Source: Savitreella phatthalungensis (lineage: Eukaryota). Taken from it: a stretch of 64,000 nucleotides of DNA. The notes below the pieces were generated by a model. It was not told the origin of the DNA, made no database searches, and worked only from the letters and a program-made list of their open reading frames with translations. The stretch is from the NCBI GenBank assembly GCA_051599415.1, contig AP039707.1, positions 1 through 64,000 on the forward strand. The letters run 5' to 3'. A program made the translations under genes and the position numbers. Shown here in pieces: positions 1-10,277 of this stretch (its first letter is position 1; each line of letters starts with the position of its first letter).

Positions 1-67
1 TTCTGCCTTTGCGAGAACAGTTACGTATTGCTAAGGTTAAGACTACTTTCTGCCTTTGCGAGAACAG
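1..67 (+). other. Untrimmed Oxford Nanopore adapter and native barcode (technical artefact)
   Basis: CAGTTACGTATTGCT (end of the ONT ligation adapter) at 18-32, flank AAGGTTAA at 33-40, GACTACTTTCTGCCTTTGCGAGAA at 41-64 (recalled as native barcode NB06), then CAG. A partial second barcode copy sits at 1-17. Confidence 0.9.
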
Positions 68-68
68 A

Positions 69-170
69 CCCTAACCCTAACCCTAACCCTAACCCTAACC
101 CTAACCCTAACCCTAACCCTAACCCTAACCCTAACCCTAACCCTAACCCTAACCCTAACCCTAACCCTAA
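69..170 (+). repeat. Telomeric repeat (CCCTAA)17, chromosome left end
   Basis: 17 perfect CCCTAA hexamers directly after the adapter. Confidence 0.98.
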
Positions 171-175
171 CCCCA

Positions 176-265
176 CCCTCACCCTGACCCTCACCCTCAC
201 CCTGACCCTCACCCTCACCCTGACCCTCACCCTCACCCTGACCCTCACCCTCACCCTGACCCTCA
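176..265 (+). repeat. Variant telomeric array, 5 x (CCCTCA CCCTGA CCCTCA)
   Basis: 15 hexamers with an exact 18-bp higher-order period. Confidence 0.9.
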
Positions 266-279
266 CCCACAAAAACTAA

Positions 280-1950
280 TCGCCGTCAAACTAACCAATG
301 CCCCAACCCTTGCTCCGCTTTGCTTGCTTGCTGCTTGCTTGCTCCCTTGCTCTCTTGCTAACCTTGTTTCTCTGCTCATGCCTGCTGCCTTGCTACACCA
401 CACTTGTCCGCACGCATACGCCCCTGCTGGTCTTCAACATCATTACCATCTTGCTGTCTCCTTGCTGCTCCTTTCTGCTGCTCCTCTCTCCCCGCTGTAC
501 TCCTGCTCTCAATACCCCTCCTGTTTGACACTCTTCCTCCTGTTTACCTGAAACATCCCATGCCATTTGCTCCCCACATTCCTCCTCTCAAAAACCCTGC
601 CATCTGTTTCATCTGCAACTGCACCGTCACCTGTCAAATGACGTTACCTGCATGTCACCTCTCACATGCTCTTACCTGCATGTCCCCTGTCAAATGCTAT
701 TACCTGAACTGCCACTTCTCCAATACTGTTATCTGCCCTGCTGCCTGGCAAATGCCATCACCTGCCAAATGCCATCAACTCTCAAAATCACTCATCAATC
801 CCAACACCTGCACTGCCATTTCTCAATCGCCATTACACACCCTGTAACCCTCACATGCTGTCACCTGCCCCGTCTCTGTCAAATGTTGTTTCCTGCCTGG
901 TCTCCTTCAAATGCTGTTATCTCCACCGTTGTCTGCCATGTGCTGTTGCCTGCACCATCATCTGTCACCCGGTGTTATCTGCACTGTCACTTGTGACATC
1001 ATCTCTCAAATACCATTACCTGCGCTACTACTTGTCTCATTGCCCTGCTCTGTGGCCTGACATTTGTCAAACCCTGGATTGGCCAATTGCTGTTCTCTTG
1101 TCATCTCCTGTTTTCTGTTTCTGTCACTCACTGTTGCCTGCACTGTACCTTGTTTCATTACTGCACTGCCATTGGCTGAATGATGTCATCTGTTCAAACT
1201 GCACTGTCACTTGATGTGTCATTCCTGCACTGTCACTTGTCACTGTCATTTGTCACCTGGCCCTGCCACTGACTCTTTCTCTGCTTGTTGTAAACACCAC
1301 CTGCTTGGCCCTGGCCCTACCCTGTTGCCTGTATACTCATTCCTCTGTCTGTAATTGACACTGGCGCCTGTTGTGCAACATTAACTGACTGCTATTGACT
1401 ACAATGTCACATGGCATGCACTGTTAACTCCACTGTTGCTTGTCCAATCCATTGCTTGCGCTGCGCTGTGCTGTGCCCTCCCGCCACAACTGACTCTAAT
1501 TCACTTTCACTTGCTTCTCTTGACTGTCTTGTGCACTGTCACATGTACAATTCCCTGTCATTCATTGGACACTGCCTACTCTGCTGTGATTGCGCTTGTC
1601 TGTGCTTTTTGTATGCCTCATTCTACTATCTGGTCGGTTTTTTATTGACTGTGATAACTGCTATTGCCACTGCTACTACACTTACTAGTTCTCCCATTAC
1701 CTTCTCTCATTGGAACGCTGCCACTACTGGAGCTGCTGCTATTACTATTGCTGCTGCTGCTGCTGCTGCTGCTACTGCTACTGCTGCTACTGCTCCTGGC
1801 GGGCATGCTACAAATTTGTTGAGCGCTGCAATTTGGTTCTGCAGTTTGCGATGCAGTTAGGTTTGTCCCTAATTGTTGACTTACAGTTAGGGATGCCATG
1901 CAGTGTTTCATCCCTAACTTCATGGCTATAATCTGGCGCTGCTGAAAACA
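280..1950. repeat. Degenerate subtelomeric repeat region, pyrimidine-rich on the + strand and CpG-depleted
   Basis: Recurrent short motifs (TCACCTG, CTGTCAAATG, GCACTGTCAC), a (GCT)n tract at ~1733-1795, and very few CpG but abundant TpG/CpA. Confidence 0.7.
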
Positions 1951-2088
1951 GTTTGGGATTTTTGAATGGAATATATATAGATATTCATCTGCATCCACCT
2001 AAAACGCCCCGCCGCATACCGCCCCACATTCCTACTTTTGACCTCACCCCGCTTGGCTACTCCCATGCGTTTCTTCTAGACTCTGCTT

Positions 2089-3231
2089 ATGCCATCGACA
2101 CCTGTTCCTGTTTCGCCGCTGATGCCTTCTGCATTCCTGCACTTGATCCTGATCCTGAAACTCATCTCCCTCACGTCACAATCGCGCTTGCTTGGGGACA
2201 CCAAACCTCCTTCGCCTTGGCCGCTGATTCTGATTCGCCTACACGTCTCTCTCACGCTCTTCATACTCACGCACATGTTCTTTCTGTGGGTCATGTTACT
2301 TTCTTCTTCACTCCATCATCTCGTCATTGGCTTGTTTGAACTCCTTACTACGCAACATTTCGCCAGTGCGCTTTCCATTATCCTCTCGCCGACCTTTGCG
2401 ACGAACTGGATTATCTTCGGGATATCTTCTGGGTCGGCCTTGATGACCCTCGCGCTGACAATATTCTTGATGACCTTCATGATGACCTCCGATGACACTG
2501 TCGCCGGCTTTCCCAACGGTCCCAATGAAACCCATAAACTTCCTCTTGCCGACCGTCTCCGCGATTTCTTGCACGAACCCCTCAACGACCTTCTTGACCT
2601 CCACAACGGTCCTCTGGGCGGCCCGCTGGACGACCTTCATGACCGCCATGACGTCTCTCCGGGCGGCCCGCTGGCTGATTCTCTCGACGATCCCATGGGC
2701 GGCCCGCTTAATGACCCTCTCGCCGACTTTCTCAACGATCTCCTGGACAAACCCCTCATTGACCTTCATGACCTTCTTCATAGTCGTCCGGGCGGTCTGC
2801 CTGATGATCCGCTTGCTGGCCCTTCCGACGATCCCCTTTGTGGTCTCCTCGACGGACCTCTTAACGATCTCCTGGCCGACCTTCTTGATGACCTTCTTGG
2901 TGACCTTCATGATGACCTTCTTGACATTCTTGACGGCATCGAGTGGCTGCTCTGTATTCGCGCATCCTGGCGCATGCAAAAGACACCTGTCACAAGCCGA
3001 TTCTTGACCATATCAGCACTTTCGGACGCCACTGCTTTCAATTGTGCACCTGTCACAAGCGGGTTCTTGACAATTGGCGCACTTTCAAAGTCCCCCTGTC
3101 ACAGACCAGTTCTTGACGTTTCCGGCACTTTCAGACAGTCGCTGCGACTGAAGACAACACCAATGAGACGCTCGACTAGACTGCGCTGCATGACTTGCAC
3201 AGGCTCTGTCACAATTGCGCCTTGTCAATGA
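2089..3231 (+). repeat. Low-complexity repeat ORF (LDDL/GGPL-rich); coding status uncertain
   Basis: ~12-bp degenerate units (GACCTTCTTGAT-like) at ~2440-2935 keep several frames open on both strands. No recognisable domain. Confidence 0.35.
2986..3132. repeat. Three copies of CCTGTCACA-N6-TTCTTGAC-N7-GCACTTTC
   Basis: Units start at 2986, 3049 and 3095. The blocks are invariant and the spacers have fixed length but variable sequence. Confidence 0.85.
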
Positions 3232-4642
3232 CGCTGACGACTTTGTGCTTCTCTTCTGCCTCTGAAGCTATTTTTGGCTCTTCATGTGATTATAGCTGAA
3301 CGCAAATAATTGAATGACTATATTTTGATGGAACTTGTGAATCACAAGTCTCTGGACGGTCGCGAGAAGCTCCATAAATACAGATAGACCAGAACAATAG
3401 GTTTGTGTGAAGAAAAAGCCCTCAATTAATTACGCGTCCTTGGCTGTCTGATGCATACATCTTACCTCTTGCTTTGCCTTGCCCTCCCTTTCATTTGTAT
3501 CCACATACCGGTATCCCCCATCATTCTAGGTCTATATAAGTCTTGTACACATATACACGTGATCTAGCACGTCAGAAGACAAGCATTCAATAGTTCTCAT
3601 AGGGACACATTTGAATTTTGGGAACAGCTGTTGGCGCTGGTATCTAACTCAATCACAGACAGGTGAAAGGTACAGTAGGTGACAGAGAATGAGACTGTGC
3701 TACAGAACTAGTCTGTATTGTCTGCTGATTCAGGTGGCTCTAAATTAGCTGCAAACGTGAGTGTCCGGCTACAAAAGAGATAATGGAGCTGATGTGGCTA
3801 GTGTGGCTGGTGTGAGTCCACGTGAACCAGAAACCTTGAACACGGGAAGGCCACAAGGCCCCGCTATTCAGTGAAATAATACACTCGAGCGACAATAAAT
3901 CAGCTGTTCCCATCTACCAATGAGATCAGCGTCTGCGCCAATCCGCCACTGAGCTCCTACAAATAAAATCAGGGTGGCTGTCATGTTCAGCGCTTATGGG
4001 AAATCTCCCTCGAACAACATTTGTGCACAAATCAAGAGAGTCTGGAGTCAGCTTTTTGGCAGTTTGTGTTACGTCAATCTAAGCCGTACTCTCCGCTCGA
4101 CATTGGTATGCGCTTGATGCAAGACTTGGCAGTGGAATTCAGACGGTCCAGTACAATCCAGTACGATCCAGCACTTGGCGGAGTGAAGCGGATGGTTGAG
4201 GAGTAATTTGAGACTCGACATGAGTACGCCGGTAACACAAGGTACCATCCGGTATTCAACGTAATAGTCGGACAATTTGAGTCCCACCTCTCCTGCTCCT
4301 CTTGTTCTCACATCAACGACATGTATGGCGTATTTTCAGCCGCGGCGCGCGCTACTGCGCCTTTCTGCTCAAACAATCCTGCCCTTGCTTGCTCAATTGG
4401 TTCCGCGTATGTCTGCTTCAGGAAACTTGCGTGCGTCTGCGCTATGGGCGTGTGCCCGATGTGTGGCTCCCACGGCTTACACCCGTTTGCTCAATAGACC
4501 ACTATGCTGCTCCCGCTCGAGGATTGATGGCTTACTTACAGTCACGCCTTGCTTGACCTCCTCAGCTTACGTCGCAAAGGGTCAAAGATCCCATATGTAG
4601 CGATCAAACAAATTCTATGTCTTCAGTGAGCGAGGGGCCTGG

Positions 4643-4662
4643 TTTGTTTACATGTAAACAAA
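4643..4662. promoter_or_regulatory. 20-bp perfect palindrome of two forkhead (GTAAACA) sites, copy 1
   Basis: TTTGTTTACATGTAAACAAA equals its own reverse complement; an identical copy lies at 7337-7356. Confidence 0.6.
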
Positions 4663-4857
4663 GCTCTGGACGGCCCTGTAGATCGCAAGGCAATTAATCG
4701 CGCAAAGCAATGATCTCTAAGGAAGATAAGAAGTCTTGTTCAGGGAATAGACTCGACCCCTTGACGAATCGCTTGTCAAGCGATCGCTCTATCGAATGAA
4801 TCAATATACCATAGTTTCGCCTGAATGAGACAGCGTATGCGACCACGAGAAGACGCA

Positions 4858-6640
4858 CTAGGACTTCGCCGACTCTCCAGTGCGGCTACTCAATTGTATG
4901 CAAACAAGGTGCGGTTCTCCTGGAGTGCGGTTCTCCTCGAGTGCGGTTCTCCTCAAGTGCTGAAGCGACATTGTATCTCTTGTTCTACGTACCTTTGGTT
5001 CCTTTGTACGACAATGTTTTGGTTGATTGCTAAAACATTTTTTCTTCTCATCTGCACGTAAACAATTCAGGGCTCCTCTGTAATGTTGCTCCGGTACCTG
5101 TCGCCTGCTAAGCGCCCAATGCCGCGTTTTGGTCTTGCACATCAAGCATGGTTGTACCAGTGTGCCTACTAGCAAGAGGAAGAGCGTCGCGCAAGCGTCG
5201 GGTTGTGTCATGACATATTGCTACAAATAGATCCCATCTGGTCTTTCAAGTCGCTAAAATTGACCTCTGACCCAGTTGTTGATGAACTGTTCACACTGCT
5301 TCATACTACCGGACCTCAACGGCAATTTGCAAGACTGGGCCGCTAGCAGTTGTCTGCGTAACTCCATGGAGCCATTGTCATTCTTGAACACCCACGCGCT
5401 TTTCATCTCCAGCATGTGATGGGTGATCTGGTTGACTTCCTGTCGACCTAAGCGTCCCAACTTGGCATGGTAGCGCATGATTGCCATGAGCATTGACCGC
5501 CGATAGTACTCGCGCTCCATGCGCGAGAGCTTCACCTGCTGAGCTCCGTACTCCTCCAGTCTCCAAGCGCTGTAGACAATCTGATGTGCAATGGGGAGTG
5601 TGACTGTTCGAGGCAGCTGCCACGTATGAGGCACTGACAACAATGGGAGGCACGCATGTCATGTCCTTCTGCTCCCAATCTCAGATCCCGAGACGCCTGT
5701 ACCCGTCAATCCTCTTGGTCTGTATCTGTTCAGGTCAAATTTGCACGAATATGCATTGCCACCGCCGCTCCACGGGGCGTACAACTTTGATGCTGCGCAG
5801 ACAATTGTCTCAGCAGCGTCGACAAATTCATATCTGTTCAGTGGTTGCGGCAACAATGGATCCTGCGCGCTCTGTCGACCGCACCTGTGCTTTGCACACA
5901 GTGCAACAAATACCACGTGCTTGTGTCTGCACGTCATGCAAGAACGCAGAATATGCTGCCAGAGCAAGTCGCCGTCCGCTTTGCGTACCGCCAAATCAGA
6001 GTGAGCAAGGAATCTGGCTGGGAAGGGACTGTGGCGGTGAAGCGACCAAGTAGCACCAGCATACGTCCTCAGAGTCTCGTTGAAGCAACTTGACCACCTA
6101 CATCGCTCATGAGAAGCAGTATGATTGATTCTCTTGCTACCCTCATCCGTCTCAGCGTAAGAGCAGGAAAAGTACACAGCAGCCAATCCACTGTCACCGT
6201 ACTGGCGATCATACACTCCCGCCGGGGACTGTGCGTGACAGAGTGCATTGCGCGGTGCCTCACTTGTCATGGCAAGAGCCTCATGATCATTCAGCAGCTC
6301 AGCAGCTTCAGTTGCCGACATTGTTCCCTGGGAGACCTCGTGCGCATTGAGTATAGCTTTCAGCATTGAAGTTGATCCAAAGGGTTGCAGCAAGGAGAAG
6401 GCGTCATGATATTGTCGATGCGCAGGATCAAGTTTTGCAACCTCACACACCTTCTTCCACAGGCGGCTGTCTTCTGCAACCTGCGCGGGTGCAGCAACTG
6501 CTGGATCCGGAGGCCTGCCAATGACAATCAGCGTCTCCACACATGTCGCAGTACCTTTCAGGAGGGAGGTTAAGCTTGCTGTCGGATTGGCACCACTGTC
6601 TTGGACGCACGTCGTACAGCTCTTTGATCGTGGTTGTCAT
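4858..6640 (-). pseudogene. Fragmented orphan coding region (consecutive minus-strand ORFs 6640-6443, 6540-5659, 5643-5254, 5211-4858)
   Basis: A chain of abutting or overlapping same-strand ORFs with protein-like composition. No family recognised. Confidence 0.3.
4909..4956. repeat. 16-bp tandem repeat x3 (GTGCGGTTCTCCTSRA)
   Basis: gtgcggttctcctgga / gtgcggttctcctcga / gtgcggttctcctcaa. Confidence 0.9.
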
Positions 6641-7059
6641 TCTGTGAACCTAGTCATGGAGACAAACACATGTTGCGAGTGCTCAATGATGCGGAATCGA
6701 GTTCCACTCAATCGAGGTTTGAATAATGTGATTATGTCTCATTCGATTGTGGTGACCCTACCTGAGGTCAAGCACAGACTGGGCAGGCAAGAGCTAGCAC
6801 AAGCCACCGCTACAAAGTCCTGGGAGATCCACCGAGCAAGACAGGCAAGATTGGCTGACGCTTGCAAACAGTTGCAGCAGGCAAGACCGGCTGTGCAACA
6901 GGCGCTTGATTGCGAACAGTGGCTCAAGGAAGAAGTCTTCGGAAAATTGAAATGCTAAGCTTACATGATCGACCCTTCTGACCGACTACCCATTCATAGG
7001 CCTTCATGCTGGCTTTAGATTTGATATATGCTTATCGATCATCCCCAAAGTGAGCGACT

Positions 7060-7217
7060 GCAGCGACCACTTTCCTTGCTGATCTCACTTTTGTTCTTCC
7101 AGTGCCAAGCTCGATGTATTCATTTTTTTGTGGTCTTGCCGATTTCAATACAGCTGCCTACCACATTGTCTCGCTTCACTCGATATCACCACCTCTCGTG
7201 TGATCTTGGTAAACTCA
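7060..7217. repeat. Dispersed direct repeat, paired with ~13820-13977
   Basis: Shared core TCGCTTCACTCGATATCACCACCTCTCGTGTGATCTTGGTA with diverged upstream similarity. Confidence 0.85.
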
Positions 7218-7336
7218 ATCCAGAGCTCGTCAGGAAGAAGGCCGACGGTCAAGTACGATATCGCGTGATCCAGAACTCGACTCGACATGAATGTAGCGGT
7301 CTAACAGTCTCTATGCGTCACTGAGCCCGTGCTTGG

Positions 7337-7356
7337 TTTGTTTACATGTAAACAAA
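7337..7356. promoter_or_regulatory. 20-bp perfect palindrome of two forkhead sites, copy 2
   Basis: Identical to 4643-4662 and about 500 bp upstream of the ATG at 7854. Confidence 0.6.
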
Positions 7357-7853
7357 TCTTCAGACGACCCCGCAAGACGCGGTAATGTAAAGCGAGTATG
7401 TGTGTGTATTAGGTTACGTAGACCTACAGTGCACACGTATGTATACAATCAAGCGAAAAAGTGATTAGTGATCAGTGGACAAGATCGTAGTTGTAAGAGG
7501 CAAGCAAGGCGACAATGATGATGGCGAGTGCAGGAAGAGCCAGAAGATTAGCGCTGCAGCAAGTAAATTGCCACGTAAGGCGATGAGCAGGCTAGCGAAT
7601 CAGGTGACGAGTAGGCCGATGGCAAACCTCGTATGTCTACATGCAAGTTACAGGCCAGGGGAGCGGCGCACTAGCGAGCCAAAATGGATGGAAGTCGCGA
7701 GCTCACAAGCGAGCGGTGCACGAGAGAGCCAAAACGACGCGGCTCACGCGTCCAGGAGCGAGAGGCATGGCATGTAAGCGAAATGAAGAATGTCGCATTT
7801 GGATGAACAATACGTTCTATAAAGGAACGATCTGTCCGCAGTAAGATAGTCAT

Positions 7854-8780
7854 ATGGACCAACAAATGAGCGACTTGCCCGCTACCAGTATGTCGGCCTC
7901 TTCAACTGGTGACGCGCAGGCGCTCTCACCAGCAGCACATGGACTGCTACACAGACGCTTGCCTACTCAACAAGAGCGCATTCGTCCGCGTGCTGGCGAC
8001 TTCTCTCTTGAGGCTGTGCCAGAGGATGCGACAGAGGAGGAGAGGAAGCGGCGCCTGGGAGCGTACCTTCGAGTGCTGCTTCTCCTCCATTTCGACTTGT
8101 CCAGGACCGTACCTGGCCACTCTGGTGATCAGCCGGTCACATACTTCAAACTGGCCATGAGCCAACTCTTTCCAGGCCTGGCAGAAGACTCGATGAGCTA
8201 CAGAAGCCTGATGCTGTACGGAACAAGTCAGGTCCGCGACTGGACTTTTGAGGTTGCCGAGTCGTACCGGCAATGGCTGGCTGACGCCGGTGAAGCCGTA
8301 AACGGTGAATGGATCGAGGCTCTCGAAGAAGAGGATGACAGCGACGATGAAAACGACGATGACGATGAAGATCTTCATCAAAGGAGCGCTCTGGACCGAG
8401 TGCTGATCCAGCGAGTGGACCAGGTCATCTTTGAGGACTTCTGGAAGTTCGCTGCGGCCTTAATCGACTTCGAAGCTTCGCTCGAGCGGCGCAATGTACG
8501 CCGCTTCTTCAAATATCATTGGATTTGTCTCGCTGGCGCTGTCTTCTTTGAGATCAAGGACCTTGTCGAGAGCGATACAAGAGACCATGAAGATTTGACG
8601 GAACAGTTCCGCAAGTTGGCGTACGACACAGGCGCTCCGAGGATCTCTATCGAGGACCTGGTGATGTACCCTGCCAAGCAGGCTGCGATCAACTCTTCTG
8701 TAGAGTTCGATCAAAGGTGCAAACGCATCGCGAGGAGGCTATTTGGCAGCCGTCGCAACCTACTTTCCCGCATTGACTAG
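7854..8780 (+). CDS. Orphan protein A (308 aa, helical, with an acidic tract)
   Basis: Intact ORF with TATAAA at 7818-7823. The duplicated fragments downstream keep recognisable peptide similarity (RRFF[KQ]YHWICLAGA.FF...EDLTEQFR.LA.DTGAP). Confidence 0.75.
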   Translation: MDQQMSDLPATSMSASSTGDAQALSPAAHGLLHRRLPTQQERIRPRAGDFSLEAVPEDATEEERKRRLGAYLRVLLLLHFDLSRTVPGHSGDQPVTYFKLAMSQLFPGLAEDSMSYRSLMLYGTSQVRDWTFEVAESYRQWLADAGEAVNGEWIEALEEEDDSDDENDDDDEDLHQRSALDRVLIQRVDQVIFEDFWKFAAALIDFEASLERRNVRRFFKYHWICLAGAVFFEIKDLVESDTRDHEDLTEQFRKLAYDTGAPRISIEDLVMYPAKQAAINSSVEFDQRCKRIARRLFGSRRNLLSRID

Positions 8781-8902
8781 CCACTGCAATCGATCTTATT
8801 TGCCTGACGTGCCCGTCTCCGCTGTGCGCGTCTCTGTCACCATTGTGACCTCTTTAGTCATATGATCGATCACAGATCCCCTCTACCTGATCACTTTCCC
8901 TT

Positions 8903-9885
8903 GCCAAGATGACGAGGCTCACGCGTCCGCGAGCCAGAGGCATGGCATGGCATGGCATGAAGCGAGATGAAGAACGTCGCATATGGCCGAACACATGTGC
9001 TATTAAGGAATGATCTGTCCGCAGTAAGATAGTCATATGGACCAACAAATGAGCGACTCGCCGCTACCAGTATGTCGGCCTCTTCAAGTGACGACGCGCA
9101 GGCACGCTTACCGGCAGCACATGGATTGCTGACCCTTTGATGGAGATCGTCGTCATCTTGACAATGTCGTCATGACAGTGATGACGAAGATCTTCATCAA
9201 AGGAGCGCCTGTGTCGTGAGCCAAGATGCGGAATTGCTCCGTCAAGTCTTCGCGGTCTGCTGTCTCGCGCTCGATAATGCCGTCGAGCCCAAAGAACGCG
9301 GCGCCAGCGAGACAAATCCAATGATATTGGAAGAAGCGGCGTACATTGAGCCGCTCGAGCGAAGCCAAGGCCTGAGTCAACTTAAATCGATTTCGAGGCT
9401 TCACTTGAGCGTCACAATGTGCGCACATTCTTTCAGTACCACTGGATCCGCCTTGCTGGCGCTGCTTTCTTTGGGATCGATGGCGTTATCGAGCGCGACA
9501 CAGCAGACCGCGAAGACTTGACGGAGCAATTCCGCATCTTGGCCCACGACACAGGCGCTCCTTTGATGAAGATCTTCGTCGTCATTGTCAAGACGACATT
9601 GTCAAGATGACGACGATCTCCATCAAAGGATTATCTCCATGAAGATTCGACTAGGCCTCGATTTAAGTTGACTCAGGCCTTGGCTTCACTCGGGCGTCAC
9701 CATGTGCGCAGATTCTTTCAGTACCACTGGATCCGCCTTGCTGGCGCTGCTTTCTTTGGGATCGATGGCCTTATCGAGAGCGATGCAAAAGACCGTGAAG
9801 ATTCGACAGAACAGTTCCGCAACCTATTTTCGCGCTTCGACTAGCCAGCCACTGCGATCGACGTGCCCGTCTCCACTGTGCATGC
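8903..9885 (+). ncRNA. Candidate long hairpin RNA locus 1: rearranged non-coding duplicate of orphan gene A
   Basis: 8903-9130 copies the gene A promoter and 5' end; 9012-9058 is identical to 7829-7875 and is followed by a 1-nt frameshift. Inverted arms at 9134-9366 and 9397-9629 with a 30-nt loop. Extra sense copy at ~9682-9824. The 3' end (9840-9885) resembles 8776-8830. Transcription not shown. Confidence 0.6.
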
Positions 9886-10277
9886 TTCCACCGTCTTTGT
9901 CGATGTGCTGGACGCTTTGTTATCCTTGTGCTTACATCACTCATCATACTTCTCGTCACTTTACTCGCCGTCTCACTCGTCACCTTCTAGCCATACCTTA
10001 TTCGCCATCTGAATCGTCTCATCATCTTGCTTGATACCTTGCTCTTCGCCATCTTAATTGTTGTATCCTACTGGTTACCTTGCTCGTCACCTTCCTCTTC
10101 AGCTTCTCCTCGTTACCTGATACGACACCTTCCTTGACATCTCACTGTTGATCCATTCACTGCGCTGCTTGTCGACTAGCTCGTCACGATTCTGACTGTT
10201 TTCGGACGATTGAACATGACTTGTACTGTATATTTGAAACGTATCGTCAGAACACGAATCGCAACAGACGCCACGTG

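Noticed and set aside
21..279. ORFs of VR/GL/PN/TL dipeptides
   Set aside because: They are translations of the telomeric repeats and the adapter.
298..1998. Many Cys/His/Leu-rich short ORFs
   Set aside because: They are a by-product of TG/CA-rich low-complexity sequence, with no consistent frame or domain.
2986..3132. CRISPR-like repeat/spacer array
   Set aside because: The context is eukaryotic, there are only three units, the variation lies inside the units, and there are no cas genes.
9134..9629. Fold-backs as nanopore chimera or assembly artefacts
   Set aside because: The arms differ by many substitutions with almost no indels and include third, distinct copies. Artefactual fold-backs would be near-identical. 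A read-level check is still advisable.
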